Part shown: piece after piece, positions 38,919-53,500 of the stretch
Numbering within the stretch: the first letter of the stretch is position 1
Layout of the letters: each line of letters opens with the position of its first letter
Source of the DNA: Auanema rhodensis
Lineage: Eukaryota; Animalia; Nematoda
NCBI GenBank assembly: GCA_964057225.1
Contig: OZ059896.1
Location: 2,356,001 to 2,420,000 of the forward strand
Length of the DNA stretch: 64,000 bases
Direction: 5' to 3'
Translations under genes and position numbers: made by a program
The notes under the pieces: generated by a model
Database searches by the model: none
Seen by the model: only the letters and a program-made list of their open reading frames with translations
What the model was told of the DNA's origin: nothing

Positions 38919-41900
38919 AAATCGAGGATATAAGTGTGAAATTATATCAGTTGATATCTCGGTGCATTTTTAAGCTAGCGCAAATCTGATAACACAGATC
39001 GACGCAGCTTAAAAATCCGCATCGAATGCATTATACTACATGGAGAAACGCTCATCACAAAAATTAGTTATGATCGTTTGAAAAATGATGCATTAGTGTA
39101 TGTTGAGTTTCCATGTACACTCAACATTGCTTCCAAAAACATTTTGACAAAATTTTTTCGAAAAATTTCAAAATAATTTCGCAAAAAGTAGATGTTTTTA
39201 GATTCCTTTTTTTGAGGCAAAAACGATGGACAATGTTATTCAACGAAAAAATTAATTCTTCAGGGTGAAAATCGAGGATATAAGTGTGAACTTATATCAG
39301 TTGATATCTCGGTGCATTTTTAAGCTAGCGCAAATCTGATAACACAGATCGACGCAGCTTAAAAATCCGCATCGAATGCATTATACTACATGGAGAAACG
39401 CTCATCACAAAAATTAGTTATGATCGTTTGAAAAATGATGCATTAGTGTATGTTGAGTTTCCATGTACACTCAACATTGCTTCCAAAAACATTTTGACAA
39501 AATTTTTTCGAAAAATTTCAAAATAATTTCGCAAAAAGTAGATGTTTTTAGATTCCTTTTTTTGAGGCAAAAACGATGGACAATGTTATTCAACGAAAAA
39601 ATTAATTCTTCAGGGTGAAAATCGAGGATATAAGTGTGAACTTATATCAGTTGATATCTCGGTGCATTTTTAAGCTAGCGCAAATCTGATAACACAGATC
39701 GACGCAGCTTAAAAATCCGCATCGAATGCACTATATTACATTGAGGAAAGCTTAATACAACAATTAGTTATGATCGTTTGAAAAATGATGCATTAGTGTA
39801 TGTTGAGTTTCCATGTACACTCAAAATTGCTTCCAAAAACATTTTGACAAAAATTTTTTCGAAAAATTTCAAAATAATTTCGCAAAAAGTAGATGTTTTT
39901 AGATTCCTTTTTTTGAGGCAAAAACGATGGACAATGTTATTCAACGAAAAAATTAATTCTTCAGGGTGAAAATCGAGGATATAAGTGTGAACTTATATCA
40001 GTTGATATCTCGGTGCATTTTTAAGCTAGCGCAAATCTGATAACACAGATCGACGCAGCTTAAAAATCCGCATCGAATGCACTATATTACATTGAGGAAA
40101 GCTTAATACAACAATTAGTTATGATCGTTTGAAAAATGATGCATTAGTGTATGTTGAGTTTCCATGTACACTCAAAATTGCTTCCAAAAACATTTTGACA
40201 AAAATTTTTTCGAAAAATTTCAAAATAATTTCGCAAAAAGTAGATGTTTTTAGATTCCTTTTTTTGAGGCAAAAACGATGGACAATGTTATTCAACGAAA
40301 AAATTAATTCTTCAGGGTGAAAATCGAGGATATAAGTGTGAACTTATATCAGTTGATATCTCGGTGCATTTTTAAGCTAGCGCAAATCTGATAACACAGA
40401 TCGACGCAGCTTAAAAGTCCGCATCGAATGCACTATACTACATTAAGCAAAGCTTAATACAAAAATTAGTTATGATCGTTTGAAAAATGATGCATTAGTG
40501 TATGTTGAGTTTCCATGTACACTCAACATTGCTTCCAAAAACATTTTGACAAAATTTTTTCGAAAAATTTCAAAATAATTTCGCAAAAAGTAGATGTTTT
40601 TAGATTCCTTTTTTTGAGGCAAAAACGATGGACAATGTTATTCAACGAAAAAATTAATTCTTCAGGGTGAAAATCGAGGATATAAGTGTGAACTTATATC
40701 AGTTAATATCTCGGTGCATTTTTAAGCTAGCGCAAATCTGATAACACAGATCGACGCAGCTTAAAAGTCCGCATCGAATGCACTATACTACATTAAGAAA
40801 GGCTTAATACAAAAATTAGTTATGATCGTTTGAAAAATGATGCATTAGTGTATGTTGAGTTTCCATGTACACTCAAAATTGCTTCCAAAAACATTTTGAC
40901 AAAATTTTTTCGAAAAATTTCAAAATAATTTCGCAAAAAGTAGATGTTTTTAGATTCCTTTTTTTGAGGCAAAAACGATGGACAATGTTATTCAACGAAA
41001 AAATTAATTCTTCAGGGTGAAAATCGAGGATATAAGTGTGAACTTATATCAGATGATATCTAGGTGCATTTTTAAGCTAGCGCAAATCTGATAACACAGA
41101 TCGACGCAGCTTAAAAGTCCGCATCGAATGCACTATACTACATTAAGAAAGGCTTAATACAAAAATTAGTTATGATCGTTTGAAAAATGATGCATTAGTG
41201 TATGTTGAGTTTCCATGTACACTCAACATTGCTTCCAAAAACATTTTGACAAAATTTTTTCGAAAAATTTCAAAATAATTTCGCAAAAAGTAGATGTTTT
41301 TAGATTCCTTTTTTTGAGGCAAAAACGATGGACAATGTTATTCAACGAAAAAATTAATTCTTCAGGGTGAAAATCGAGGATATAAGTGTGAACTTATATC
41401 AGATGATATCTAGGTGCATTTTTAAGCTAGCGCAAATCTGATAACACAGATCGACGCAGCGTAAAAATCCGCATCGAATGCACTATATTACATTGAGGAA
41501 AGCTTAATACAAAAATTAGTTATGATCGTTTGAAAAGTGATGCATTAGTGTATGTTGAGTTTCCATGTACACTCAAAATTGCTTCCAAAAACATTTTGAC
41601 AAAAATTTTTTCGAAAAATTTCAAAATAATTTAGCAAAAAGTAGATGTTTTTAGATTCCTTCTTTCAAGGCAAAAACGATGGACAATGTTATTCAACGAA
41701 AAAATTAATTCTTCAGGGTGAAAATCGAGGATATAAGTGTGAAATTATATCAGTTGATATCTCGGTGCATTTTTAAGCTAGCGCAAATCTGATAACACAG
41801 ATCGACGCAGCTTAAAAATCCGCATCGAATGCATTATACTACATGGAGAAACGCTCATCACAAAAATTAGTTATGATCGTTTGAAAAATGATGCATTAGT

Positions 41901-44525
41901 GTATGTTGAGTTTCCATGTACACTCAACATTGCTTCCAAAAACATTTTGACAAAATTTTTTCGAAAAATTTCAAAATAATTTCGCAAAAAGTAGATGTTT
42001 TTAGATTCCTTTTTTTGAGGCAAAAACGATGGACAATGTTATTCAACGAAAAAATTAATTCTTCAGGGTGAAAATCGAGGATATAAGTGTGAACTTATAT
42101 CAGTTGATATCTCGGTGCATTTTTAAGCTAGCGCAAATCTGATAACACAGATCGACGCAGCTTAAAAATCCGCATCGAATGCATTATACTACATGGAGAA
42201 ACGCTCATCACAAAAATTAGTTATGATCGTTTGAAAAATGATGCATTAGTGTATGTTGAGTTTCCATGTACACTCAACATTGCTTCCAAAAACATTTTGA
42301 CAAAATTTTTTCGAAAAATTTCAAAATAATTTCGCAAAAAGTAGATGTTTTTAGATTCCTTTTTTTGAGGCAAAAACGATGGACAATGTTATTCAACGAA
42401 AAAATTAATTCTTCAGGGTGAAAATCGAGGATATAAGTGTGAACTTATATCAGTTGATATCTCGGTGCATTTTTAAGCTAGCGCAAATCTGATAACACAG
42501 ATCGACGCAGCTTAAAAATCCGCATCGAATGCACTATATTACATTGAGGAAAGCTTAATACAACAATTAGTTATGATCGTTTGAAAAATGATGCATTAGT
42601 GTATGTTGAGTTTCCATGTACACTCAAAATTGCTTCCAAAAACATTTTGACAAAAATTTTTTCGAAAAATTTCAAAATAATTTCGCAAAAAGTAGATGTT
42701 TTTAGATTCCTTTTTTTGAGGCAAAAACGATGGACAATGTTATTCAACGAAAAAATTAATTCTTCAGGGTGAAAATCGAGGATATAAGTGTGAACTTATA
42801 TCAGTTGATATCTCGGTGCATTTTTAAGCTAGCGCAAATCTGATAACACAGATCGACGCAGCTTAAAAATCCGCATCGAATGCACTATATTACATTGAGG
42901 AAAGCTTAATACAACAATTAGTTATGATCGTTTGAAAAATGATGCATTAGTGTATGTTGAGTTTCCATGTACACTCAAAATTGCTTCCAAAAACATTTTG
43001 ACAAAAATTTTTTCGAAAAATTTCAAAATAATTTCGCAAAAAGTAGATGTTTTTAGATTCCTTTTTTTGAGGCAAAAACGATGGACAATGTTATTCAACG
43101 AAAAAATTAATTCTTCAGGGTGAAAATCGAGGATATAAGTGTGAACTTATATCAGTTGATATCTCGGTGCATTTTTAAGCTAGCGCAAATCTGATAACAC
43201 AGATCGACGCAGCTTAAAAGTCCGCATCGAATGCACTATACTACATTAAGCAAAGCTTAATACAAAAATTAGTTATGATCGTTTGAAAAATGATGCATTA
43301 GTGTATGTTGAGTTTCCATGTACACTCAACATTGCTTCCAAAAACATTTTGACAAAATTTTTTCGAAAAATTTCAAAATAATTTCGCAAAAAGTAGATGT
43401 TTTTAGATTCCTTTTTTTGAGGCAAAAACGATGGACAATGTTATTCAACGAAAAAATTAATTCTTCAGGGTGAAAATCGAGGATATAAGTGTGAACTTAT
43501 ATCAGTTAATATCTCGGTGCATTTTTAAGCTAGCGCAAATCTGATAACACAGATCGACGCAGCTTAAAAGTCCGCATCGAATGCACTATACTACATTAAG
43601 AAAGGCTTAATACAAAAATTAGTTATGATCGTTTGAAAAATGATGCATTAGTGTATGTTGAGTTTCCATGTACACTCAAAATTGCTTCCAAAAACATTTT
43701 GACAAAAATTTTTTCGAAAAATTTCAAAATAATTTCGCAAAAAGTAGATGTTTTTAGATTCCTTTTTTTGAGGCAAAAACGATGGACAATGTTATTCAAC
43801 GAAAAAATTAATTCTTCAGGGTGAAAATCGAGGATATAAGTGTGAACTTATATCAGTTGATATCTCGGTGCATTTTTAAGCTAGCGCAAATCTGATAACA
43901 CAGATCGACGCAGCTTAAAAATCCGCATCGAATGCACTATATTACATTGAGGAAAGCTTAATACAACAATTAGTTATGATCGTTTGAAAAATGATGCATT
44001 AGTGTATGTTGAGTTTCCATGTACACTCAAAATTGCTTCCAAAAACATTTTGACAAAAATTTTTTCGAAAAATTTCAAAATAATTTCGCAAAAAGTAGAT
44101 GTTTTTAGATTCCTTTTTTTGAGGCAAAAACGATGGACAATGTTATTCAACGAAAAAATTAATTCTTCAGGGTGAAAATCGAGGATATAAGTGTGAACTT
44201 ATATCAGTTGATATCTCGGTGCATTTTTAAGCTAGCGCAAATCTGATAACACAGATCGACGCAGCTTAAAAGTCCGCATCGAATGCACTATACTACATTA
44301 AGCAAAGCTTAATACAAAAATTAGTTATGATCGTTTGAAAAATGATGCATTAGTGTATGTTGAGTTTCCATGTACACTCAACATTGCTTCCAAAAACATT
44401 TTGACAAAATTTTTTCGAAAAATTTCAAAATAATTTCGCAAAAAGTAGATGTTTTTAGATTCCTTTTTTTGAGGCAAAAACGATGGACAATGTTATTCAA
44501 CGAAAAAATTAATTCTTCAGGGTGA
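38568..44525 (+). repeat. 8-monomer higher-order repeat (period 2803 bp) followed by a nested 3-monomer duplication (period 1052 bp)
   Basis: The ORF track gives 39778->42581 and 40129->42932 (+2803), and 42932->43984 (+1052). TAAGCAAA monomers are at 40321, 43124 and 44176, and GCAGCGT monomers at 38568 and 41371. Confidence 0.88.
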
Positions 44526-47500
44526 AAATCGAGGATATAAGTGTGAACTTATATCAGTTGATATCTCGGTGCATTTTTAAGCTAGCGCAAATCTGATAAC
44601 ATAGATCGATGCAGCTTAAAAATCCGCATCGAATGCACTATACTACATGGAGAAACGCTCATCACAAAAATTAGTTATGATCGTTTGAAAAATGATGCAT
44701 TAGTGTATGTTGAGTTTCCATGTACACTCAACATTGCTTCCAAAAACATTTTGACAAAAATTTTTTCGAAAAATTTCAAAATAATTTAGCGAAAAGTAGA
44801 TGTTTTTAGATTCCTTTTTTCAAGGCAAAAACGATGGACAATGTTATTCAACGAAAAAATTAATTCTTCAGGGGGAAAATCGAGGATATAAGTGTGAACT
44901 TATATCAGTTGATATCTCGGTGCATTTTCGAGCTAGCGCAAATCTGATAGTACAGATCGACGCAGCTTAAAAATCCGCATCGAATGCACTATACTACATT
45001 GAGAAACGCTTAATACAAAAATAAGTTATGATCGTTTGAAAAATGATGCATTAGTGTATGTTGAGTTTCCATGTACACTCAAAATTGCTTCCAAAAACAT
45101 TTTGACAAAAATTTTTTCGAAAAATTTCAAAATAATTTAGCGAAAAGTAGATGTTTTTAGATTCCTTTTTTCAAGGCAAAAACGATGGACAATGTTATTC
45201 AACGAAAAAATTAATTCTTCAGGGTGAAAACCGAGGATATAAGTGTGAACTTATATCAGTTGATATCTCGGTGCATTTTTAAGCTAGCGGAAATTTGATA
45301 ACACAGATCGACGCAGCTTAAAAATCCGCATCGAATGCACTATACTACATTAAGAAAAGCTTAATACAAAAATTAGTTATGATCGTTTGAAAAATGATGC
45401 ATTAGTGTATGTTGAGTTTCCATGTACACTCAAAATTGCTTCCAAAAACATTTTGACAAAAATTTTTTCGAAAAATTTCAAAATAATTTAGCAAAAAGTA
45501 GATGTTTTTAGATTCCTTTTTTCAAGGCAAAAACGATGGACAATGTTATTCAACGAAAAAATTAATTCTTCAGGGTGAAAATCGAGGATATAGGTGTGAA
45601 CTTATATCAGTTGATATCTCGGTGCATTTTCAAGCCAGCGCAAATCTGATAATACAGATCGACGCAGCTTAAAAATCCGCATCGAATGCACTATACTACA
45701 TTGAGAAACGCTTAATACAAAAATTAGTTATGATCGTTTGAAAAATGATGCATTAGTGTATGTTGAGTTTCCATGTACACTCAAAATTGCTTCCAAAAAC
45801 ATTTTGACAAAAATTTTTTCGAAAAATTTCAAAATAATTTAGCGAAAAGTAGATGTTTTTAGATTCCTTTTTTCAAGGCAAAAACGATGGACAATGTTAT
45901 TCAACGAAAAAATTAATTCTTCAGGGTGAAAACCGAGGATATAAGTGTGAACTTATATCAGTTGATATCTCGGTGCATTTTTAAGCTAGCGGAAATTTGA
46001 TAACACAGATCGACGCAGCTTAAAAATCCGCATCGAATGCACTATACTACATTAAGAAAAGCTTAATACAAAAATTAGTTATGATCGTTTGAAAAATGAT
46101 GCATTAGTGTATGTTGAGTTTCCATGTACACTCAAAATTGCTTCCAAAAACATTTTGACAAAAATTTTTTCGAAAAATTTCAAAATAATTTAGCAAAAAG
46201 TAGATGTTTTTAGATTCCTTTTTTCAAGGCAAAAACGATGGACAATGTTATTCAACGAAAAAATTAATTCTTCAGGGTGAAAATCGAGGATATAAGTGTG
46301 AACTTATATCAGTTGATATCTCGGTGCATTTTTAAGCTAGCGCAAATCTGATAACACAGATCGACGCAGCTTAAAAATTCGCATTGAATGCACTATATTA
46401 CATTGAGGAAAGCTTAATACAACAATTAGTTATGATCGTTTGAAAAATGATGCATTAGTGTATGTTGAGTTTCCATGTACACTCAAAATTGCTTCCAAAA
46501 ACATTTTGACAAAAATTTTTTCGAAAAATTTCAAAATAATTTAGCAAAAAGTAGATGTTTTTAGATTCCTTTTTTCAAGGCAAAAACGATGGACAATGTT
46601 ATTCAACGAAAAAATTAATTCTTCAGGGTGAAAATCGAGGATATAAGTGTGAACTTATATCAGTTGATATCTCGGTGCATTTTTAAGCTAGCGCAAATCT
46701 GATAACACAGATCGACGCAGCTTAAAAATCCGCATCGAATGCACTATATTACATTGAGGAAAGCTTAATACAACAATTAGTTATGATCGTTTGAAAAATG
46801 ATGCATTAGTGTATGTTGAGTTTCCATGTACACTCAAAATTGCTTCCAAAAACATTTTGACAAAAATTTTTTCGAAAAATTTCAAAATAATTTCGCAAAA
46901 AGTAGATGTTTTTAGATTCCTTTTTTTGAGGCAAAAACGATGGACAATGTTATTCAACGAAAAAATTAATTCTTCAGGGTGAAAATCGAGGATATAGGTG
47001 TGAACTTATATCAGTTGATATCTCGGTGCATTTTCAAGCCAGCGCAAATCTGATAACACAGATCGACGCAGCTTAAAAATCCGCATCGAATGCACTATAT
47101 TACATTGAGGAAAGCTTAATACAACAATTAGTTATGATCGTTTGAAAAATGATGCATTAGTGTATGTTGAGTTTCCATGTACACTCAAAATTGCTTCCAA
47201 AAACATTTTGACAAAAATTTTTTCGAAAAATTTCAAAATAATTTCGCAAAAAGTAGATGTTTTTAGATTCCTTTTTTTGAGGCAAAAACGATGGACAATG
47301 TTATTCAACGAAAAAATTAATTCTTCAGGGTGAAAACCGAGGATATAAGTGTGAACTTATATCAGTTGATATCTCGGTGCATTTTTAAGCTAGCGGAAAT
47401 CTGATAACACAGATCGACGCAGCTTAAAAGTCCGCATCGAATGCACTATACTACATTAAGAAAAGCTTAATACAAAAATTAGTTATGATCGTTTGAAAAA

Positions 47501-50500
47501 TGATGCATTAGTGTATGTTGAGTTTCCATGTACACTCAACATTGCTTCCAAAAACATTTTGACAAAAATTTTTTCGAAAAATTTCAAAATAATTTAGCGA
47601 AAAGTAGATGTTTTTAGATTCCTTTTTTCGAGGCAAAAACGATGGACAATGTTATTCAACGAAAAAATTAATTCTTCAGGGTGAAAATCGAGGATATAAG
47701 TGTGAACTTATATCAGTTGATATCTCGGTGCATTTTTAAGCTAGCGCAAATCTGATAGTACAGATCGACGCAGCTTAAAAGTCCGCATCGAATGCACTAT
47801 ACTACATTAAGAAAGGCTTAATACAAAAATTAGTTATGATCGTTTGAAAAATGATGCATTAGTGTATGTTGAGTTTCCATGTACACTCAAAATTGCTTCC
47901 AAAAACATTTTGACAAAAATTTTTTCGAAAAATTTCAAAATAATTTAGCGAAAAGTAGATGTTTTTAGATTCCTTTTTTTGAGGCAAAAACGATGGACAA
48001 TGTTATTCAACGAAAAAATTAATTCTTCAGGGTGAAAATCGAGGATATAAGTGTGAACTTATATCAGTTGATATCTCGGTGCATTTTCAAGCTAGCGCAA
48101 ATCTGATAGTACAGATCGACGCAGCTTAAAAATTCGCATCGAATGCACTATACTACATTGAGAAAAGCTTAATACAAAAATTAGTTATGATCGTTTGAAA
48201 AATGATGCATTAGTGTATGTTGAGTTTCCATGTACACTCAAAATTGCTTCCAAAAACATTTTGACAAAAATTTTTTCGAAAAATTTCAAAATAATTTCGC
48301 AAAAAGTAGATGTTTTTAGATTCCTTCTTTCAAGGCAAAAACGATGGACAATGTTATTCAACGAAAAAATTAATTCTTCAGGGTGAAAATCGAGGATATA
48401 AGTGTGAACTTATATCAGTTGATATCTCGGTGCATTTTTAAGCTAGCGCAAATCTGATAACACAGATCGACGCAGCTTAAAAATCCGCATCGAAAGCATT
48501 ATACTACATGGAGAAACGCTCATCACAAAAATTAGTTATGATCGTTTGAAAAATGATGCATTAGTGTATGTTGAGTTTCCATGTACACTCAACATTGCTT
48601 CCAAAAACATTTTGACAAAATTTTTTCGAAAAATTTCAAAATAATTTCGCAAAACGTAGATGTTTTTAGATTCCTTTTTTTGAGGCAAAAACGATGGACA
48701 ATGTTATTCAACGAAAAAATTAATTCTTCAGGGTGAAAATCGAGGATATAAGTGTGAACTTATATCAGTTGATATCTCGGTGCATTTTTAAGCTAGCGCA
48801 AATCTGATAACATAGATCGATGCAGCTTAAAAATCCGCATCGAATGCACTATACTACATTAAGAAAGGCTTAATACAAAAATTAGTTATGATCGTTTGAA
48901 AAATGATGCATTAGTGTATGTTGAGTTTCCATGTACACTCAACATTGCTTCCAAAAACATTTTGACAAAAATTTTTTCGAAAAATTTCAAAATAATTTAG
49001 CGAAAAGTAGATGTTTTTAGATTCCTTTTTTCAAGGCAAAAACGATGGACAATGTTATTCAACGAAAAAATTAATTCTTCAGGGGGAAAATCGAGGATAT
49101 AAGTGTGAACTTATATCAGTTGATATCTCGGTGCATTTTCGAGCTAGCGCAAATCTGATAGTACAGATCGACGCAGCTTAAAAATCCGCATCGAATGCAC
49201 TATACTACATTGAGAAACGCTTAATACAACAATTAGTTATGATCGTTTGAAAAATGATGCATTAGTGTATGTTGAGTTTCCATGTACACTCAAAATTGCT
49301 TCCAAAAACATTTTGACAAAAATTTTTTCGAAAAATTTCAAAATAATTTAGCGAAAAGTAGATGTTTTTAGATTCCTTTTTTCAAGGCAAAAACGATGGA
49401 CAATGTTATTCAACGAAAAAATTAATTCTTCAGGGTGAAAACCGAGGATATAAGTGTGAACTTATATCAGTTGATATCTCGGTGCATTTTTAAGCTAGCG
49501 GAAATTTGATAACACAGATCGACGCAGCTTAAAAATCCGCATCGAATGCACTATACTACATTAAGAAAAGCTTAATACAAAAATTAGTTATGATCGTTTG
49601 AAAAATGATGCATTAGTGTATGTTGAGTTTCCATGTACACTCAAAATTGCTTCCAAAAACATTTTGACAAAAATTTTTTCGAAAAATTTCAAAATAATTT
49701 AGCGAAAAGTAGATGTTTTTAGATTCCTTTTTTCAAGGCAAAAACGATGGACAATGTTATTCAACGAAAAAATTAATTCTTCAGGGTGAAAACCGAGGAT
49801 ATAAGTGTGAACTTATATCAGTTGATATCTCGGTGCATTTTTAAGCTAGCGCAAATCTGATAACATAGATCGACGCAGCTTAAAAGTCCGCATCGAATGC
49901 ACTATACTACACGGAGAAACGCTCATCACAAAAATTAGTTATGATCGTTTGAAAAATGATGCATTAGTGTATGTTGAGTTTCCATGTACACTCAAAATTG
50001 CTTCCAAAAACATTTTGACAAAAATTTTTTCGAAAAATTTCAAAATAATTTAGCGAAAAGTAGATGTTTTTAGATTCCTTTTTTCAAGGCAAAAACGATG
50101 GACAATGTTATTCAACGAAAAAATTAATTCTTCAGGGTGAAAATCGAGGATATAAGTGTGAACTTATATCAGTTGATATCTCGGTGCATTTTCAAGCTAG
50201 CGCAAATCTGATAGTACAGATCGACGCAGCTTAAAAATCCGCATCGAATGCACTATATTACATTGAGGAAAGCTTAATACAAAAATTAGTTATGATCGTT
50301 TGAAAAATGATGCATTAGTGTATGTTGAGTTTCCATGTACACTCAACATTGCTTCCAAAAACATTTTGACAAAAATTTTTTCGAAAAATTTCAAAATAAT
50401 TTAGCGAAAAGTAGATGTTTTTAGATTCCTTTTTTCGAGGCAAAAACGATGGACAATGTTATTCAACGAAAAAATTAATTCTTCAGGGTGAAAATCGAGG

Positions 50501-53500
50501 ATATAAGTGTGAACTTATATCAGTTGATATCTCGGTGCATTTTTAAGCTAGCGCAAATCTGATAACATAGATCGACGCAGCTTAAAAATCCGCATCGAAT
50601 GCACTATACTACATGGAGAAACGCTCATCACAAAAATTAGTTATGATCGTTTGAAAAGTGATGCATTAGTGTATGTTGAGTTTCCATGTACACTCAACAT
50701 TGCTTCCAAAAACATTTTGACAAAAATTTTTTCGAAAAATTTCAAAATAATTTAGCAAAAAGTAGATGTTTTTAGATTCCTTTTTTCAAGGCAAAAACGA
50801 TGGACAATGTTATTCAACGAAAAAATTAATTCTTCAGGGTGAAAATCGAGGATATAGGTGTGAACTTATATCAGTTGATATCTCGGTGCATTTTCAAGCC
50901 AGCGCAAATCTGATAATACAGATCGACGCAGCTTAAAAATCCGCATCGAATGCATTATACTACATGGAGAAACGCTCATCACAAAAATTAGTTATGATCG
51001 TTTGAAAAATGATGCATTAGTGTATGTTGAGTTTCCATGTACACTCCAAATTGCTTCCAAAAACATTTTGACAAAAATTTTTTCGAAAAATTTCAAAATA
51101 ATTTAGCGAAAAGTAGATGTTTTTAGATTCCTTTTTTTGAGGCAAAAACGATGGACAATGTTATTCAACGAAAAAATTAATTCTTCAGGGTGAAAATCGA
51201 GGATATAAGTGTGAACTTATATCAGTTGATATCTCGGTGCATTTTTAAGCTAGCGGAAATTTGATAACACAGATCGACGCAGCTTAAAAATCCGCATTGA
51301 ATGCACTATACTACATTAAGAAAAGCTTAATACAAAAATTAGTTATGATCGTTTGAAAAATGATGCATTAGTGTATGTTGAGTTTCCATGTACACTCAAC
51401 ATTGCTTCCAAAAACATTTTGACAAAAATTTTTTCGAAAAATTTCAAAATAATTTAGCAAAAAGTAGATGTTTTTAGATTCCTTTTTTCGAGGCAAAAAC
51501 GATGGACAATGTTATTCAACGAAAAAATTAATTCTTCAGGGTGAAAATCGAGGATATAAGTGTGAAATTATATCAGTTGATATCTCGGTGCATTTTTAAG
51601 CTAGCGCAAATCTGATAGTACAGATCGACGCAGCGTAAAAATCCGCATCGAATGCATTATACTACATGGAGAAACGCTCATCACAAAAATTAGTTATGAT
51701 CGTTTGAAAAATGATGCATTAGTGTATGTTGAGTTTCCATGTACACTCAACATTGCTTCCAAAAACATTTTGACAAAATTTTTTCGAAAAATTTCAAAAT
51801 AATTTCGCAAAAAGTAGATGTTTTTAGATTCCTTTTTTTGAGGCAAAAACGATGGACAATGTTATTCAACGAAAAAATTAATTCTTCAGGGTGAAAATCG
51901 AGGATATAAGTGTGAACTTATATCAGTTGATATCTCGGTGCATTTTTAAGCTAGCGCAAATCTGATAGTACAGATCGACGCAGCTTAAAAATCCGCATCG
52001 AATGCACTATACTACATTGAGAAAAGCTTAATACAAAAATTAGTTATGATCGTTTGAAAAATGATGCATTAGTGTATGTTGAGTTTCCATGTACACTCAA
52101 CATTGCTTCCAAAAACATTTTGACAAAATTTTTTCGAAAAATTTCAAAATAATTTCGCAAAAAGTAGATGTTTTTAGATTCCTTCTTTCAAGGCAAAAAC
52201 GATGGACAATGTTATTCAACGAAAAAATTAATTCTTCAGGGTGAAAATCGAGGATATAAGTGTGAACTTATATCAGTTGATATCTCGGTGCATTTTTAAG
52301 CTAGCGCAAATCTGATAACACAGATCGACGCAGCTTAAAAATCCGCATCGAAAGCATTATACTACATGGAGAAACGCTCATCACAAAAATTAGTTATGAT
52401 CGTTTGAAAAATGATGCATTAGTGTATGTTGAGTTTCCATGTACACTCAACATTGCTTCCAAAAACATTTTGACAAAATTTTTTCGAAAAATTTCAAAAT
52501 AATTTCGCAAAACGTAGATGTTTTTAGATTCCTTTTTTTGAGGCAAAAACGATGGACAATGTTATTCAACGAAAAAATTAATTCTTCAGGGTGAAAATCG
52601 AGGATATAAGTGTGAACTTATATCAGTTAATATCTCGGTGCATTTTTAAGCTAGCGCAAATCTGATAACACAGATCGACGCAGCTTAAAAGTCCGCATCG
52701 AATGCACTATACTACATTAAGAAAGGCTTAATACAAAAATTAGTTATGATCGTTTGAAAAATGATGCATTAGTGTATGTTGAGTTTCCATGTACACTCAA
52801 AATTGCTTCCAAAAACATTTTGACAAAAATTTTTTCGAAAAATTTCAAAATAATTTAGCAAAAAGTAGATGTTTTTAGATTCCTTCTTTCAAGGCAAAAA
52901 CGATGGACAATGTTATTCAACGAAAAAATTAATTCTTCAGGGAGAAAATCGAGGATATAAGTGTGAACTTATATCAGTTGATATCTCGGTGCATTTTTAA
53001 GCTAGCGCAAATCTGATAACACAGATCGACGCAGCTTAAAAATCCGCATCGAATGCACTATATTACATTGAGGAAAGCTTAATACAACAATTAGTTATGA
53101 TCGTTTGAAAAATGATGCATTAGTGTATGTTGAGTTTCCATGTACACTCAAAATTGCTTCCAAAAACATTTTGACAAAAATTTTTTCGAAAAATTCCAAA
53201 TAATTTAGCAAAAAGTAGATGTTTTTAGATTCCTTCTTTCAAGGCAAAAACGATGGACAATGTTATTCAACGAAAAAATTAATTCTTCAGGGTGAAAATC
53301 GAGGATATAAGTGTGAACTTATATCAGTTGATATCTCGGTGCATTTTTAAGCTAGCGCAAATCTGATAACACAGATCGACGCAGCTTAAAAGTCCGCATC
53401 GAATGCACTATACTACATTAAGCAAAGCTTAATACAAAAATTAGTTATGATCGTTTGAAAAATGATGCATTAGTGTATGTTGAGTTTCCATGTACACTCA

